This document shows positions 12,863-25,700 of a stretch of DNA of 64,000 nt, piece after piece; position 1 is the first letter of the stretch, and each line of letters opens with the position of its first letter. The notes beneath the pieces are model-generated. The model ran no database searches. It was given only the letters and a program-made list of their open reading frames with translations, and was not told where the DNA came from. Both the position numbers and the translations under genes were made by a program. This stretch comes from Azolla caroliniana. Taxonomy: Eukaryota > Plantae > Polypodiophyta. The DNA is taken from positions 13,578,001 to 13,642,000 of the forward strand of contig JBHGNT010000003.1 of assembly GCA_043228905.1 (NCBI GenBank). The letters are read 5' to 3'.

Positions 12863-13322
12863 TGTTACCGGCCGGCAAAGAAGGCTAAAGGAGGTCCAAA
12901 CCAGAGTGTGAAAGGAATAGTTATTCGGGAACAGTTGGAATTAGTAGTCTTAATATATACATATTATTATGTGGACGGACGGACTGGAATCGGTATGCCG
13001 ATCCGGATCTGGAACGATTCCGTAAAGGTGCCGTTTGGCACCGTTTTGTATTTCGCACCGGAGACCTATCTAAAGGCCCGGTTACAATGTAATCAGTAGC
13101 GGATAATTAATAAAGCTTATGGTCCTAATCTTCAAGTGTTGATTACCGTTCTGTAATTATTGTGATATCTTACGCGTGTTAATTATGGATGGCTAAGTAA
13201 TCGATTAAGGTCTAATTAAGCGTTGTGCCATAAGTCATTCTGCCGTACCACCCTTTGGTGATGTGTCTTGAGTGGACACCCTGTGTTAGGCTATTGTCCG
13301 GCCCTAGCAATAACACAGTTTT

Positions 13323-13332
13323 TGGCGACCAC
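13323..13332 (+). promoter_or_regulatory. R1d PBS (10-nt match to a tRNA-Arg 3' end)
   Basis: TGGCGACCAC lies 7 nt after the LTR. Mutated equivalents occur in R1 (about 19496-19505, minus) and R3 (about 62168-62177, minus). tRNA assignment is from memory. Confidence 0.65.
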
Positions 13333-13776
13333 GATTCCTGCATTATCGTAGTGAACATCGGCAGGAATGGATGACTAGGCCAACAGACGACCCGGTTACG
13401 GAGAGAGCGCGAAGACTTGCTGAACGAAGACGGCGGCGAGAGGCTTTTCAACAATCAGAGGAAGAAATCCGAACGGATCGATCATTTTCCAAAGTGATCC
13501 GGAAAGTGGCGAAGGAGTCGCTCCGTCTGCAACAAAACTCTTACCCGGACGAAGGAAGTAGCTTAAGCAGCCTCCGGGAAGTGCAAACCCTTCTCCAGGC
13601 CTTGGCCAGAAGAGAAGGCGAATCCGAAGCATTCTCAGCACTGGAATCGGATTCGGAAGGGGGTTATAGCGCGCATACGAACTATCGCAACAGTAACGAC
13701 ACCCCAGGAGGACCGGAGGATGAGGAGTCGGATACTTTACCGACACCGGAACCAGAGTTGGCAGACCAATAACTTC

Positions 13777-13848
13777 CGACACTCGTCGTGGAGAAAACTC
13801 CGACACTCGTCGTGGAGCAACCTCCGACACTCGTCGGGGAGCAACCTC
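13777..13848 (+). repeat. Three 24-bp tandem repeats in R1d gag
   Basis: CCGACACTCGTCGTGGAG(A/C)AA(A/C)CT repeated three times; single copy at the equivalent place in R1. Confidence 0.85.
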
Positions 13849-14728
13849 CAGAGACGGAAGTACACCGGCAAAAACCTCCAACACCGGAAGTCGAGCCGAC
13901 AACACCAAAGGAAAACCGGCAAAGACCTCAGACACCGGCGGAACAATAGGAAAGACTACCAACACCGCTAGAACGCGTACCGACATCAGACGACGATATG
14001 CCGTTCCAATACTCCAAGTATCGGGATGACCCGGACGTGGAGGCTCATGTTCACGCATTTGAACAAACATGGGAAGCAAACCATGTGTCACAACGGTTAA
14101 TCGCGGCAGAAGAAGAACGATCTAAGATAGCCGAATTCGGCGTGACATTAGAAGGACCGGCCGCCAGATGGCACCAGACGCAGGATCGCAGCACCATCAC
14201 CACCTTTGCGAACCTGAAAGACAAATTCTTGCACTTCTTCCAGAAGGAGGTGGATGAACGGGAAATGGTGGGCTTATTTTACACAATTCGGCAGGACCCT
14301 GGCGAGAGCATTCCATAGTTTGTCATCCGGTTTCAACGGATGCACAGTCAGCTTACCCGCGCACCTTCGGAGGAAGAAACTAGACGATGATCGGCTGGAG
14401 GCTCAAATCCAGTTCGAAAGCTATGAGCGGTCCCGGCTCCGGGAAGAAAAAGCGCGAAAGACGGCAACGGTCAACCTTAGTGATGAGGAACCGTCGCCGG
14501 TGCAAAGAACGGAGGGGGAACAGGCCGGGGTCAGTCAGCCATAGACAACTCCGACGAAGGAACCAACGACGGAAACATCGGTGCCAGAGCCACAAACAGA
14601 GCAACAGCCACAACCACAAGCGGAACAACAGCGGCCACAACAGCAACAACAGATTCCCGACGAGCCATTGGAAATTTTGGAGGAAAGCATTCTGGACATT
14701 TTGGACGAAGCGTAAAAGGGCCGGATAA

Positions 14729-14767
14729 TGGGTTCAACGTACAAGGTACTGTCCCACGGGCGTGCCA
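14729..14767 (+). other. tRNA-Arg-like 3'-half motif at the PPT position of R1d
   Basis: TGGGTTCAACGTACAAGGTACTGTCCCACGGGCGTGCCA-TG|TGTTACC. Confidence 0.8.
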
Positions 14768-15222
14768 TGTGTTACCGGCCGGCAAAGAAGGCTAAAGGAG
14801 GTCCAAACCAGAGTGTGAAAGGAATAGTTATTCGGGAACTGTTGGAATTAGTAGTCTTAATATATACATATTATTATGTGGACGGACGGACCGGAATCAG
14901 TATGCCGATCCGGATCCGGAACGATTCCGTAAAGGTGCCGTTTGGCACCGTTTTGTATTTTGCACCGGAGACCTATATAAAGGCCCGGTTACAATGTAAT
15001 CAGTAGCAGATAATTAATAAAGCTTATGGTCTTAATCTTCAAGTGTTGATTACCGTTTTGTAATTATTGTCATATCTTACGCGTGTTAATTATGGATGGC
15101 TAAGTAATCGATTAAGGTCTAACTAAGCATTGTGTCGTAATTCATTCTGTCGTACCACCCTTTGGTGACGTGTCTTGAGTGGACACCCTGTGTTAGGCTG
15201 TTGTCCGGCCCTAGCAATAACA

Positions 15223-18200
15223 ATCTAATCGGCTTAAATAATCTGCTACCGCATGCTGTATGGTGGGTCGGTGGAATATCTCGAATTCAAACTCCTGCAA
15301 CAGCAAAGTCCACCGGGCCAACTTATCGGTAAGTGATGCTTTGGATACTAGGTAGAGGAGTGCCGAATGATCTACATGGAAGGAAAACTTTCTCCCCAAT
15401 AAATAGTGCCTGAATTTTGTTACGTTGTAGATCATGCCTAAAGCTTCCCTTTCCGTGGTGGAGTAATTTCGTTCGGCTTGGGATAACTTCCGGCTTGCGT
15501 AATATACAGGCCGGTACCATCTTGGCTCCGCAAGTTGCATCAACGCACTCTCGATTGCAATGTCAGACGCATCCACGAACACATGAAATTCCTTACTCCA
15601 ATCCGGAGGCTGCACTACCGGTGCTTGTGACAATAATACCTTTAGTGCCCGGTACGCCTTGTCTTCGATGTTTGTCCACTGGAACGGTGTCCGGTGTACC
15701 GCAACATGTAGTGGTGTAGCTAGGTTCGCCAAATACCGGAGTATTCGGCTATGCCAACGGATTTGTCCTAAGAAACGGCTCAATGCCTTTGCCGTTTTTG
15801 GTGCTGGTGCCTCCCGGATCGCTTTTACTTTGTCCGGATCCACGACAATGCCTTCCTTGCTCACAATATGCCCTAGTAGCGTTCCGCTGGAAACTCCAAA
15901 TACACACTTCGCCGGATTCACGCTTAGCCAGTACGCCCTACACTTCTCTAGACATAGTCTGAGGTGCTGCAAATGATCTTCTTCCCGGCTATAGACGGCG
16001 AAGTCGTCAAGGAACACCTGCATAAAAGCCGGTATGTATTCGCCAAAGATCTCCATGATGATCCGTTGGAATGTTGCCAGTGCCGTTTTCAGTCTGAACA
16101 TCATCACTAGGACAACAAACACTCCCCATTCGGTGACGAAAGCCGTTTTCTCTTGATCATCAGGGTGCATCCGGATCTGATTATACCTGCTGAATCCGTC
16201 TAAGAAACTGTAGACTTCATGGCCGGCGACGGCATCCAAAACTCCATCCGTAAACGGAAGTGGAAATGCATCCGTTACCGTTGCCTCATTGAGCTTCCGG
16301 TAGTCGACACAAACTCTAATTTTGCCGTTCTTCTTTGGTACGATTACGATCGGGCTCAGCCATGTAGATTTCTTTACGGGACAGATGAAGCCAACCCTCA
16401 GCAATTTGTCGATTTCCTCCTTGACTTTGGCGGCGTAGTTTGGGTTCATCCGGTACCGACGCTGTGCTACCGGCTTGGCGTCTTTGCTTAGATGTATCTG
16501 GTGCTGATACAACTGAGGATCCAGCCCTCTCATATCCTCGTAAGACCAGGCAAATACGTCGCGAAACTCGTTGAGGAGTGTAATTATCGTCGTTTTGTTC
16601 TCTGCATTCATTTCTTTGGCGACGTGCACCGGTTTTACCTCCTCCGCCGTTCCGAGATTTACCTCTTCTAATTGAGACGCTTTTACGCGCTGTGATACGG
16701 CCATTTCTCTTTCCAACGCTTCCTGCGCTTGCCGTAACTCCCAGATTGCTTCTTTATCTGGTTCCTCTTCGGTTCCATCCGGTTGCAGTAAGTAGGGTGA
16801 TACCGCTTTGGTGACGTCAATTTCGAATAGGGGTACAATCTTCAGGTTCTCCTGCAAGTACTGATCTTCTTCTTCGTCTGCTAATCCTTCCAGCATATTG
16901 ACGCACTCCGCATATAACGGTGTCAGATCCTTGCCGGTGCCCTTCCTTGGTTGTGTTGGTACCCGTACCTTCGCTTTTTCCCGCCAGAACGTAATCATAT
17001 TCCTCCTCCAGTTCTGCTTAATGTGTGTTGTCTTTAACCAAGGGCGTCCCAACAATAATGGGTATGCTCCTTGAGCCTGCAACTGGAGAACTACGGCTGA
17101 GATTTAGAATGTGAGGCCCCCGATGGTTACTTCTAAGTCCCGTATTAATCCTGTCGGTCACACCGAGCTTGTGTCCGCCATTCGTAGCCAGAACGGACAT
17201 GGCTCCCACTCTTGGATTTCAAGAGCATCGCACGTCTGGAGGCTTATTACATTAACGCCGGAGCCTCCGTCTATTATCGTGCTGGGGAGTTCTTTCCCTT
17301 TCACAATGGCAGTAATTGTCGGACTGTTGGTGTCCACCACCGCCGGTCCCTCCTCCGGATTTGAGAAGAATGCCGGAGCCGGTGGTGTGCCGCTTGTCAT
17401 CATGCCAGGCTTGAGTCCTTCTGTGAATCTTGGTACTAGCTGCAAGAGTCATCCTAACAGCAGCGTGATCTGGCATTCCTGCAATGCCTGCCATGTCGCG
17501 TTTTCGGACTAACTGCCGCCGGCGAGCTCTTCGGTGTTCTCCTTTTGCTGCGCAAGTTCTGCTACGTTTCGCTCATTTGCTTTTTTCACCCATTCCGTTG
17601 CCTGTTTCCAAATGGCCTCTTGTGTCTCCCATTCCGTCATCTTGCCCTTCGACCTTGTGGTGACCTGCTGTAGGTCTGCGACTTCGGTGACTACCATGTT
17701 TACTGCCGGTCGCTTATCATAGCTCTTTGCCGGACATTGATTACTATAATGTCCTTCTTGCCAGCAATAATAGCAATATGCTTTCCGGGTATTGCTGGAT
17801 TCGGCATTGTTTCCTGTACCCAGTGGAGGACCTGTGGTAACCACGGGGCTCTGGTCCGGTTGGCTACTTGACGCGCCCTTTTCCGGTTCACGTGGATGGC
17901 TCCCATTTTTGAAATGTTGTTTTTTATTAAAGTTCTTTTTGTTGCGGTACCCTTGCCGGGGTTGGTCGTCATACCTCCCGTAATCATCTCGTTGTTGGTG
18001 ATACCCGGGGGAGTGATCCCGGTTGTGATGCTCGTACCGCCCATTGTAATCTCGGTACTTGTCATATCTCTTGTACTGGTCATAGTTGTCTCGCCAATCG
18101 TCGTACCAGACATCTTGTGCCGGTCGATATCGCTCCTCTCGCCGCCATCGTACGTCTTCTTCGTCTCAGCTGCTACGTGGCTCGATTTGCCGGACTGGTG

Positions 18201-19457
18201 GTGCTTGCCGATTCAATAAGTTATATTCACACCGGTCCATCGTGTGGCTCGTAGATTGGCAGAGTCAGCAGTGCGTCCGCATGGTGCACTCCAGTGACGA
18301 GTGTCCGGAATTCAAGCAGGTCATGCATTGGATTGCTTGCCGGAAATGGAGATCTTCATCGGTTGGTAATGCTCGTTGGAGGTCTCCATTTCTCTAACCC
18401 GGTCGATGACCTGGTCGACGGTGCTTGTGCGAAAGTCGATGACCGTGCATACCATTCGTAGAGGTTCCCGGAGCGCGGCTAAGAATATAGCCCGTGTTTC
18501 TTCCTCCGGATGTGTGCGGGTAAGTTGACTGTGCATCCGTTGAAACCGGATGACAAACTGCGGAATGCTCTCCCCGGGGTCCTGTCGGATGGTATAAAAT
18601 AGGCCCACCATTTCTCTCTGGTCCACCTCCTTCTGGAAGAAGTGCAAGAATTTATCTTTGAGGTCTGCAAAGGTGGTGATGGTGCTGCGATCCTGCGTCC
18701 GGTGCCATTTGGCGCCCGGTCCTTCCAATGTCACGCCGAATTCGGCTATCTTAGATCGTTCCTCTTCTGCCGCGGTTAACCGTTGTGACACATGGTTCGC
18801 CTCCCATGTTTGTTGAAACGCGTGAACATGAGCCTCCGCGTCCGGATCATCCCTATACTTGGAGTACTAGAACGACATGTCGTCGTCCGGTGTCGGTACG
18901 CGAGCTGGTGGTGTCGGTGGTCTTTCCTGCTGTTCCGTCGGCGTCGGAGGTCTTTGCCGGTCTTCCTTTGGTGTTGCCGGCTCGACTTCCGGTGTTGGAG
19001 GTTTTTGCCGGTCTTTTTCCATCTCTGGAGGTTGCTCCACGTCTAGTGCCGGAGGTTCCCAGTCTGCCAACTCTGGTTTCGGTGTCGGTAATGTATCTGA
19101 CTCCTCGTCCTCCGGTCCTCCTGGGGTGTCATTACTGCTGCGATAGTTCGTGTGCGCGCTGTAACCGCCTTCCGAATCCGATTCCAGCGCTGAAAATGCT
19201 TTGGATTCGCCGTCTCTTCCGGCCAAGGCCTGGAGAAGGGTTTCCGCTTCCCGGAGACTGCTTAAGCTACTTCCTTCGTCTGGGTAGGTGTTTTGTTGCA
19301 AACAGAGCGACTCCTCCGCCACTTTCTGGATCACTTTGGAAAATGATCGATCCGTTCGTATTTCTTCCGCTGCTTGATGGAAAGCCTCCCGCCGCCTTCT
19401 CCGTTCAGCAAGTCTTCGTGCTCTCTCCGTAACCGGGTCATCTGTTGGCCTAGTCAT
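15223..19457 (-). pseudogene. R1 gag-protease-RT-RNase H
   Basis: Gag start MTRPTDDP, knuckle CYYCWQEGHYSNQC, protease IIDGGSGVNVIS, RT VCVDYRKLN and FLDD, RNase H FVDASD; several stops and frameshifts. Confidence 0.92.
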
Positions 19458-19654
19458 CCATTCCTGCCGCTGTTCACTGCGATTGTGCAGGAATCGTGGT
19501 CGTCAAAAACTGTGTTAATCCTAGGGCCAGACAACAGCCTAACACAGGGTGTCCACTTAAGACACTTCACCAAAGGGTGGTACGACAAAACGACTTACGA
19601 CACAACGCTTAATTAGACCTTAATCGATTACTTAACAATACATCATTACCACGC

Positions 19655-20385
19655 TGTCGTGAAGAATGTGCTTCACGATATAAAAATGAGCTTAAATGTT
19701 GTATTTAATAATATTTGAGAGACTTGAACCCACATCCTTATAAATGATGTACAATGTACATACCACTAGGCTAGGCTATTTATTTGTAAAAGTGTGTAAT
19801 AAATGTGCTTCATGATATAAGAATGAAGCTATATATTGTATTAAGTAAAATTGATGGACTTGAACCCTCAACCTTGTATACCAAGCACCAAGCGTACACC
19901 ACTAAGCTAGGTTAGTTATTTTAGAATGCATTTTCATCATTATACTTATCCCATATCTATTTTCATACATAGCCATCATTCATCACATGCAATGCATGTG
20001 CGCCAAATGGCGATCATGCATTACATGTAACTCATGCATTGCATGCATGCCATGCTCCCATACATTACCATATGCATGGCAACACTTATATAAAGAGGGG
20101 AAAATAGGGTAATCAATCAAGAGATAGTGAGAAAATAATACAATCAAGTAAAGAAGACTAGCTCATTGGGTGGAGAACCTCTCGTTTCGAAGTTGATGTC
20201 GTGGGTTCAAATCAAGGGTCGATAGAGAATGTGTTTAGTTTGCGATCAAGGATTGTAAAGTTGGTAAAATATTATATTTTTAATATACATCATGTTTATA
20301 TCATATACTCTTGTTTCTAGAATCATATTTTGTCTAAATCTTCTTTCTTGAATCATACATTGTCTCTATCTTTTATCTATGCTCG

Positions 20386-20437
<52 letters not shown>

Positions 20438-20573
20438 TACTTGTAACTCTTCGTCTTACTACCCTTAACCATTCTATCATCACCATACAAGCCTTATTAA
20501 AAGTTAAGTTTCTTCAACTCCCCTTAACCTTAGTCCCCGCGACTTCGCCGCACGAACCACAACTACCCCGACA
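19655..20573 (+). repeat. T2 5' LTR with A/B-box cassettes, CATGCA-rich block, TATA box (about 20087) and (CT)n(CA)n microsatellite
   Basis: Direct repeat of 26742-27664. Confidence 0.94.
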
Positions 20574-20577
20574 CATT

Positions 20578-20594
20578 TGGTGAACCCGACGTGA
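20578..20594 (+). promoter_or_regulatory. T2 PBS, tRNA-Trp
   Basis: TGGTGAACCCGACGTGA, 4 nt after the LTR end. Confidence 0.88.
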
Positions 20595-20612
20595 AGGCGG
20601 CGACGAGGAGAA

Positions 20613-22727
20613 ATGGAGGAGCAAATGAGGCTTATGTGTACTATGATGGAACGAGTGATGTGGGAACAAGGGATGATGGCAAGCATCGACAAAGCCGTCG
20701 ACAATATTCTCGCACGAGTAGGAATCTTCCAAGGTATAAATTTAACAAGATTTCTGAAGATTTGTAATGAAGAAATGCTTAAACGCGGTGTCGACGAAGC
20801 TGCAAAAATTAATAGCTTTAGTCGAGTCACTGTGATTGGGCTAGAAGAGAGGATCCAAGAGCTCCAAAGGGAGAATCAGACATGGACAACGTTCGAAAGG
20901 GCATTACTCAATGAATACAACCTCAACGATATGTCAAGGATGACAAGGCGAGCTTTCATGGATTGGGTAGAGTCTAATAAACATTTAAGTGTTTTGGAAG
21001 TATTAAAAGAGTTTTCTGAAAGATTTGAGCAACTAAATGTTAGAGATAGAAATATAATAGTGCCAGATAAAGTCATATTGTTTCTACAAGCTACTAATAT
21101 TAAAGACAGGAAGGACTTGGGAATGCTTTTAGAAGACCAGAATAGTCCAAGTGGACTTACCGAAGATTGGGAGGAGGTGAAAAGGGCGTGCGCCCATTTC
21201 TGCAAAAGAAAGTTATGGTTTATGGAGTTGCCCGACAGAAACGATGAAGAAACGGGGAACGAGTCGGGAGAAAAGAAAGTAGAAGAATCACTCTTACACG
21301 AATTAGTGAAAGGCATGAAAGACTTGTCGATCAAAGTGACGAAGCTAGAATCGGGACAAAGCTCGACTTCATCAAGGCAGGGAGGTGGAATGGTCCGAAG
21401 GTGTATGTGGTGTTATAGTATCGACCACCAGAAGAAAGATTGTCAAGAGCATAGGGATGCTCTTAATCATAATAAAATCTACTATCAAGATGGCAAGATT
21501 CACTCAACTGAGACTCGACAACCACTTCAACTCAACTTCGGGCGAGGAGGAATGAAAAGGCTAATGGAAGATGCCGAGAGAGAAACGACTCAAGCGATAC
21601 AATCCGTGGCAACCTTAGGATTGCATGTAGAAGACTCATATGGTGGATCTGGCTTTTGGCAAGATGTGATGGATTATGCAAGAAAAGGGAAGGTTCGAGT
21701 GGATGAATTAAAAAGAGCGGGAGATGAAATACGAAACTTCACTGGATGGAATGATCTAGTAGACGCGCTATCAGCATTCGCCCAAGTGAGTGCACAAGAT
21801 GTGCTAGTGGAAGAGAAGCGGAAGAGAGCTGAGGAAGCTGATCCGACAAAGAGACATGAGACACGAGAACAAAAGAGAAGGGAGATGGAAAAGGGTGCTA
21901 TTGAGCTGAAGGAAGCTGATAAAGTAAAAGGAAAGACAGGCCCATCTTTCAAGCTTGCCTCAGACATAGAAACAACAACGGATATAAAAAAGGTACTAGA
22001 AACAAGAATATTAAATAGTAAGGTAGAATTTACTTTAAGAGAAGTGTTGGGTATAGCAAAGAAAGAATTTCATGAAGTTATCATAGATATTATTAGAAGG
22101 AAGAGACAGGTGACGGAGGAAATTACGGGAGGGTGTGCAGCAACACTCCAAGATTTGTATAGTGGCACCATCAATGCTGCAAGTGTAAAAAACCAGAATG
22201 ATGTTGGCGTCCATGAAGGGGATAGGAGTCACTATACAAGGGACCATTGGGCTCGAGCAACAACGGAGGCACCTGCAAAAATTGGGGAGCAGCAAATTCC
22301 ATGTATTGCTTTGATCGATCATGGATCAGAGATTAACATGATGTCATCGGAATTTTACGCTCGAGGACGATGGCCGATCGACAAGAATCATGGGTGGAAA
22401 ATAAGAGCTGCCACAGAAACTACGGAGGATCTATTCGGAGCATGTCCTAGTGTGAAGGTAACAATTGGTGATGTCTCGGTGAATCAAAATTTCTTTGTGC
22501 AGGATCGATCAACCTACCCCGTCATCCTTGGCCAGCCCTACATCACCGCAGTGAGGATGGAAACAAAGGTTATTGATGATGGTTCGGCTTTCGCGAGAAT
22601 CAAGAGTCAAGATGGAAGAAAGACTGTCCAATTCTTAACCGTGAGGCCCAACCATGAAAGAAACAAAGAATGCTTGAGGGAACATCCAATTCAAGAGATG
22701 GATGAAGAGATTTCCCAGGATTTTTAG
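20613..22727 (+). CDS. T2 Gag-protease polyprotein (704 aa, uninterrupted)
   Basis: Knuckle CMWCYSIDHQKKDC, protease-like LIDHGSEINM and VILGQPY; ends at the slippery site GGATTTTTAG. Confidence 0.9.
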   Translation: MEEQMRLMCTMMERVMWEQGMMASIDKAVDNILARVGIFQGINLTRFLKICNEEMLKRGVDEAAKINSFSRVTVIGLEERIQELQRENQTWTTFERALLNEYNLNDMSRMTRRAFMDWVESNKHLSVLEVLKEFSERFEQLNVRDRNIIVPDKVILFLQATNIKDRKDLGMLLEDQNSPSGLTEDWEEVKRACAHFCKRKLWFMELPDRNDEETGNESGEKKVEESLLHELVKGMKDLSIKVTKLESGQSSTSSRQGGGMVRRCMWCYSIDHQKKDCQEHRDALNHNKIYYQDGKIHSTETRQPLQLNFGRGGMKRLMEDAERETTQAIQSVATLGLHVEDSYGGSGFWQDVMDYARKGKVRVDELKRAGDEIRNFTGWNDLVDALSAFAQVSAQDVLVEEKRKRAEEADPTKRHETREQKRREMEKGAIELKEADKVKGKTGPSFKLASDIETTTDIKKVLETRILNSKVEFTLREVLGIAKKEFHEVIIDIIRRKRQVTEEITGGCAATLQDLYSGTINAASVKNQNDVGVHEGDRSHYTRDHWARATTEAPAKIGEQQIPCIALIDHGSEINMMSSEFYARGRWPIDKNHGWKIRAATETTEDLFGACPSVKVTIGDVSVNQNFFVQDRSTYPVILGQPYITAVRMETKVIDDGSAFARIKSQDGRKTVQFLTVRPNHERNKECLREHPIQEMDEEISQDF

Positions 22728-25700
22728 ATAGGGCTTTTACAGGTAGGGGCTGTGATAGCCCGAGCATAAAAGAAAACCCCATAAATAATAATGTAAATAA
22801 AGATATTCCTTGTACAATCTCATCTAATGATGCTACTTTTATACTAAAAGTAAATAATAATAAAATACAAAATGTTTTCGAGTACTTTAAGTGTTCTGGA
22901 TTAATAGATGATGATGAAGAAATTCAGGATATGTTTGAAGAATTAAGTTTTGAAGATACAATAACTCATTTGGAAGCAATGGAAGAAGACAACGAAATCC
23001 AAGTTCCTGTCCATTCAATCAAGATGTATGAGGTCATTGAAGAAGTTGCTCGAAAGGATCATGAAGCACATGTACTAACAAAGTACAAGTTAGTGGAGAA
23101 GAAGGTTCGTCCTATTGCTGCTCCACTTCCAGGGGATAGTGAAAAGGCAATCAAAGAAGCAGCCACAGAGCCAATGATCAGAGACCCACGAAAGGTAGGA
23201 CATGTGTTTACTCCGGAAACAATACAAGGGATGAAAATAGGAGGGGGTGACTTCTTATTACCCGCTGAAGAAAAGCAGTTCAGGGAGATGTTAAAAAGGC
23301 ATGGAAAGGCGTTCGCATTCCAACCGGAGGAAATAGGGTGTGTGGATCCAGAAATTGTGGAGCCCATGGTTATATTCACTATCCCTCATATTCCATGGAA
23401 CTTTAAGCCAATACCCATGCCTAGGGCTAGAATCCCTCAACTATTAGAACTTTTGAAAGAAAAGATAAGGATGGGTATCTTGGAACCATCGAACGCTCCT
23501 TACTCGAGTCGATGGTTCACTGTGTTAAAGAAAGATGGGCGACTCCGATTTATCCAAGATATGCAACCCGTGAATAAGGTAACAATCCGAAACTCGGGAG
23601 TAGGGCCAATTGTGGATGAGTTTGCTGAGATGTTTGCAGGAAGAGCTATATATTCAATGGGAGACCTTTATTCTGGGTATGATCAATTTCAACTTCCTAT
23701 CAAAAGTCGAGATATAACTTCTATCAAGACACCTATAGGGTTAGTACGGATGTGCACCTTGCTGCAAGGAGCGACCAACTCAGTGGCGCATATGATGAAT
23801 GGAATGAACAAGGTACTTCGTGATTTTATTCCTCATATTACAATGCCTTTTCTAGATGATGTTCCAATTAAGGGATGCAAGGAGGAAGAGAAGAACGAGG
23901 AATTGGACGAAAGTGGTTGCCGTCAATTCGTTGTTGATCATATCAAGGATTGTGAGAAGGTGCTATCAAGGATGGAAGAAGTGCATTTGACCTTATCAGG
24001 GGCGAAGTCAATATTTGGGGCAAAAGAGATATTAATAGTTGGTCATATGTGTGGCCCGTATGGGAGAAAGCCATCCCCAACCAAGGTCAATGCAATTCAA
24101 AATATGCAAGAGGAATGTACATCCATCTCAGAAGTACGAAGGTTTCTAGGGGTATGTGTTTTTTACTGTAAATGGATTCCGCATTATGCCCATTTATCTG
24201 AACCTTTACATAGACTCCTAAGAAAAGGAGAGACATTTGAATGGAGTGAAGAGCATTCAAAGGCAATGAAGAAATTGAAGTACTACTTGGCACAAGCTCC
24301 ACCATTAAAGCAACCAGACTACACCCGGCCCATATATCTCACAGTAGACTCTAGTCCCATTGGAATTGGATGGGTGATAAGCCAACAAGATAGGGAAGAA
24401 AGGTATCCAGTCCGATTCGGGGCAAAGGTTCTTAGTGGTCGACAAAGAAAATATGCATAGGTGAAAAGAGAGCTATGGGGGATAGTAACAGCTGTAAAGA
24501 CAGACAGAGATTACTTAATTGGTGCTGAAGTAATAATAGAAACAGATTGTTTGCCTATTTTGGGTATCATAGCTAATTGTGATATTCCAGATCAAGCCAT
24601 GTTAAGATGGTCTATCTATATTAGATCAATCAACCCTGAAGTTCGACATATCTCTGGGAATAGAAATGCAGTAGCAGATATGTTATCAAGAGCAAGGTAT
24701 GAGGAAGAGGAGATTCCAGACTCGGACGATGAGGACAAAGAACAAACAGTCCTTACCACAAGCATTACTCGGGAAGGAGGAATGCAGTTTTTAGAAGAAG
24801 AGTATGAAGAAGAATTCAAGGAAATAGGGAAATACCTACAAACCCCTGACAAGTACAAAGGTTGATCTGGAAAAGAGTTCGCACAGTTTCGCAAGAAAGC
24901 CCATAAGTTCTTCCTACATGAAGGATATCTATGGCGACATCCGAAAACCAAGACTGGAAACCCGCAAAGAGTAATAGGTTCTGAAGGGCAAAGAAAGGAG
25001 ATAATCAGAGAGCTGCATGACAAAGAATGGGCTGGTCATCGAGGAGTGTGGGCCACTTTCTGTAAGATTAAAGAACGATTTTGGTGGCCTCGATACTATG
25101 AGCAAATAAAAAAGTATGTGGAAACTTGTCCCACTTGTCAATATTATTCAAATGTAAAATTTGGTGATGAATTACACCCAACATACTCACCGGGGGTGCA
25201 TTACAAGTGGATGATAGATTTGGTAACAATGCCACTTGGAGTAGGACAAAAGAGATACTTGCTTCTTGCTAGAGAAGATCTAACAAATCAAGTGGAAGGT
25301 CGTTCATTGCGAACAAAAGGGACATTAGGAGTATGTCAATTCATCTTGGAGGACATTGTTTGTAGATATGGATGTATCGGGAAGATAGTGGCAGATAGGG
25401 GAGAACTCAATTCTGCGAAGCTCAAGATTTTTTCGACAAAATAGGAATTCAGCTTTCTTTGACGACGGCGTACAATCCAGAAGCTTTGGCAAAGGCATGT
25501 AGAGGACGGGTCAGTGATTGGCCAAAAACCTTACCCTATGCACTATGGGCTGATAGGACAACTCACAGCACTGTTACTCGATATATGCCTGCAAAATTAA
25601 TCACAGGACAGAAGCCAATAATGCCAATTGAAGAAAAGATAACTACATGGGCTGTGTTGCCTTGGGAATCGGAAATGAGTAGGGAAGATTTACTTGCGGT

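Larger units (their letters stand above)
12863..15222 (+). mobile_element. R1d: 2.36-kb non-autonomous deletion derivative of the R1 family, inserted antisense into R1 pol
   Basis: LTRs 12863-13315 and 14770-15222, PBS TGGCGACCAC at 13323-13332, TSD (A)ATCT. Internal part is 5' gag joined near 14380 to the last ~100 codons of the extra ORF. Confidence 0.93.

Noticed and set aside
19664-19925. CRISPR-like repeat-spacer array
   Set aside because: Only two degenerate ~137-bp units inside a eukaryotic LTR, and no cas genes.
19715-20215. Functional tRNA genes in the T2 LTR
   Set aside because: Only A/B boxes and a partial T arm are present, with no acceptor stem or convincing anticodon arm. Reported as promoter-like cassettes instead.
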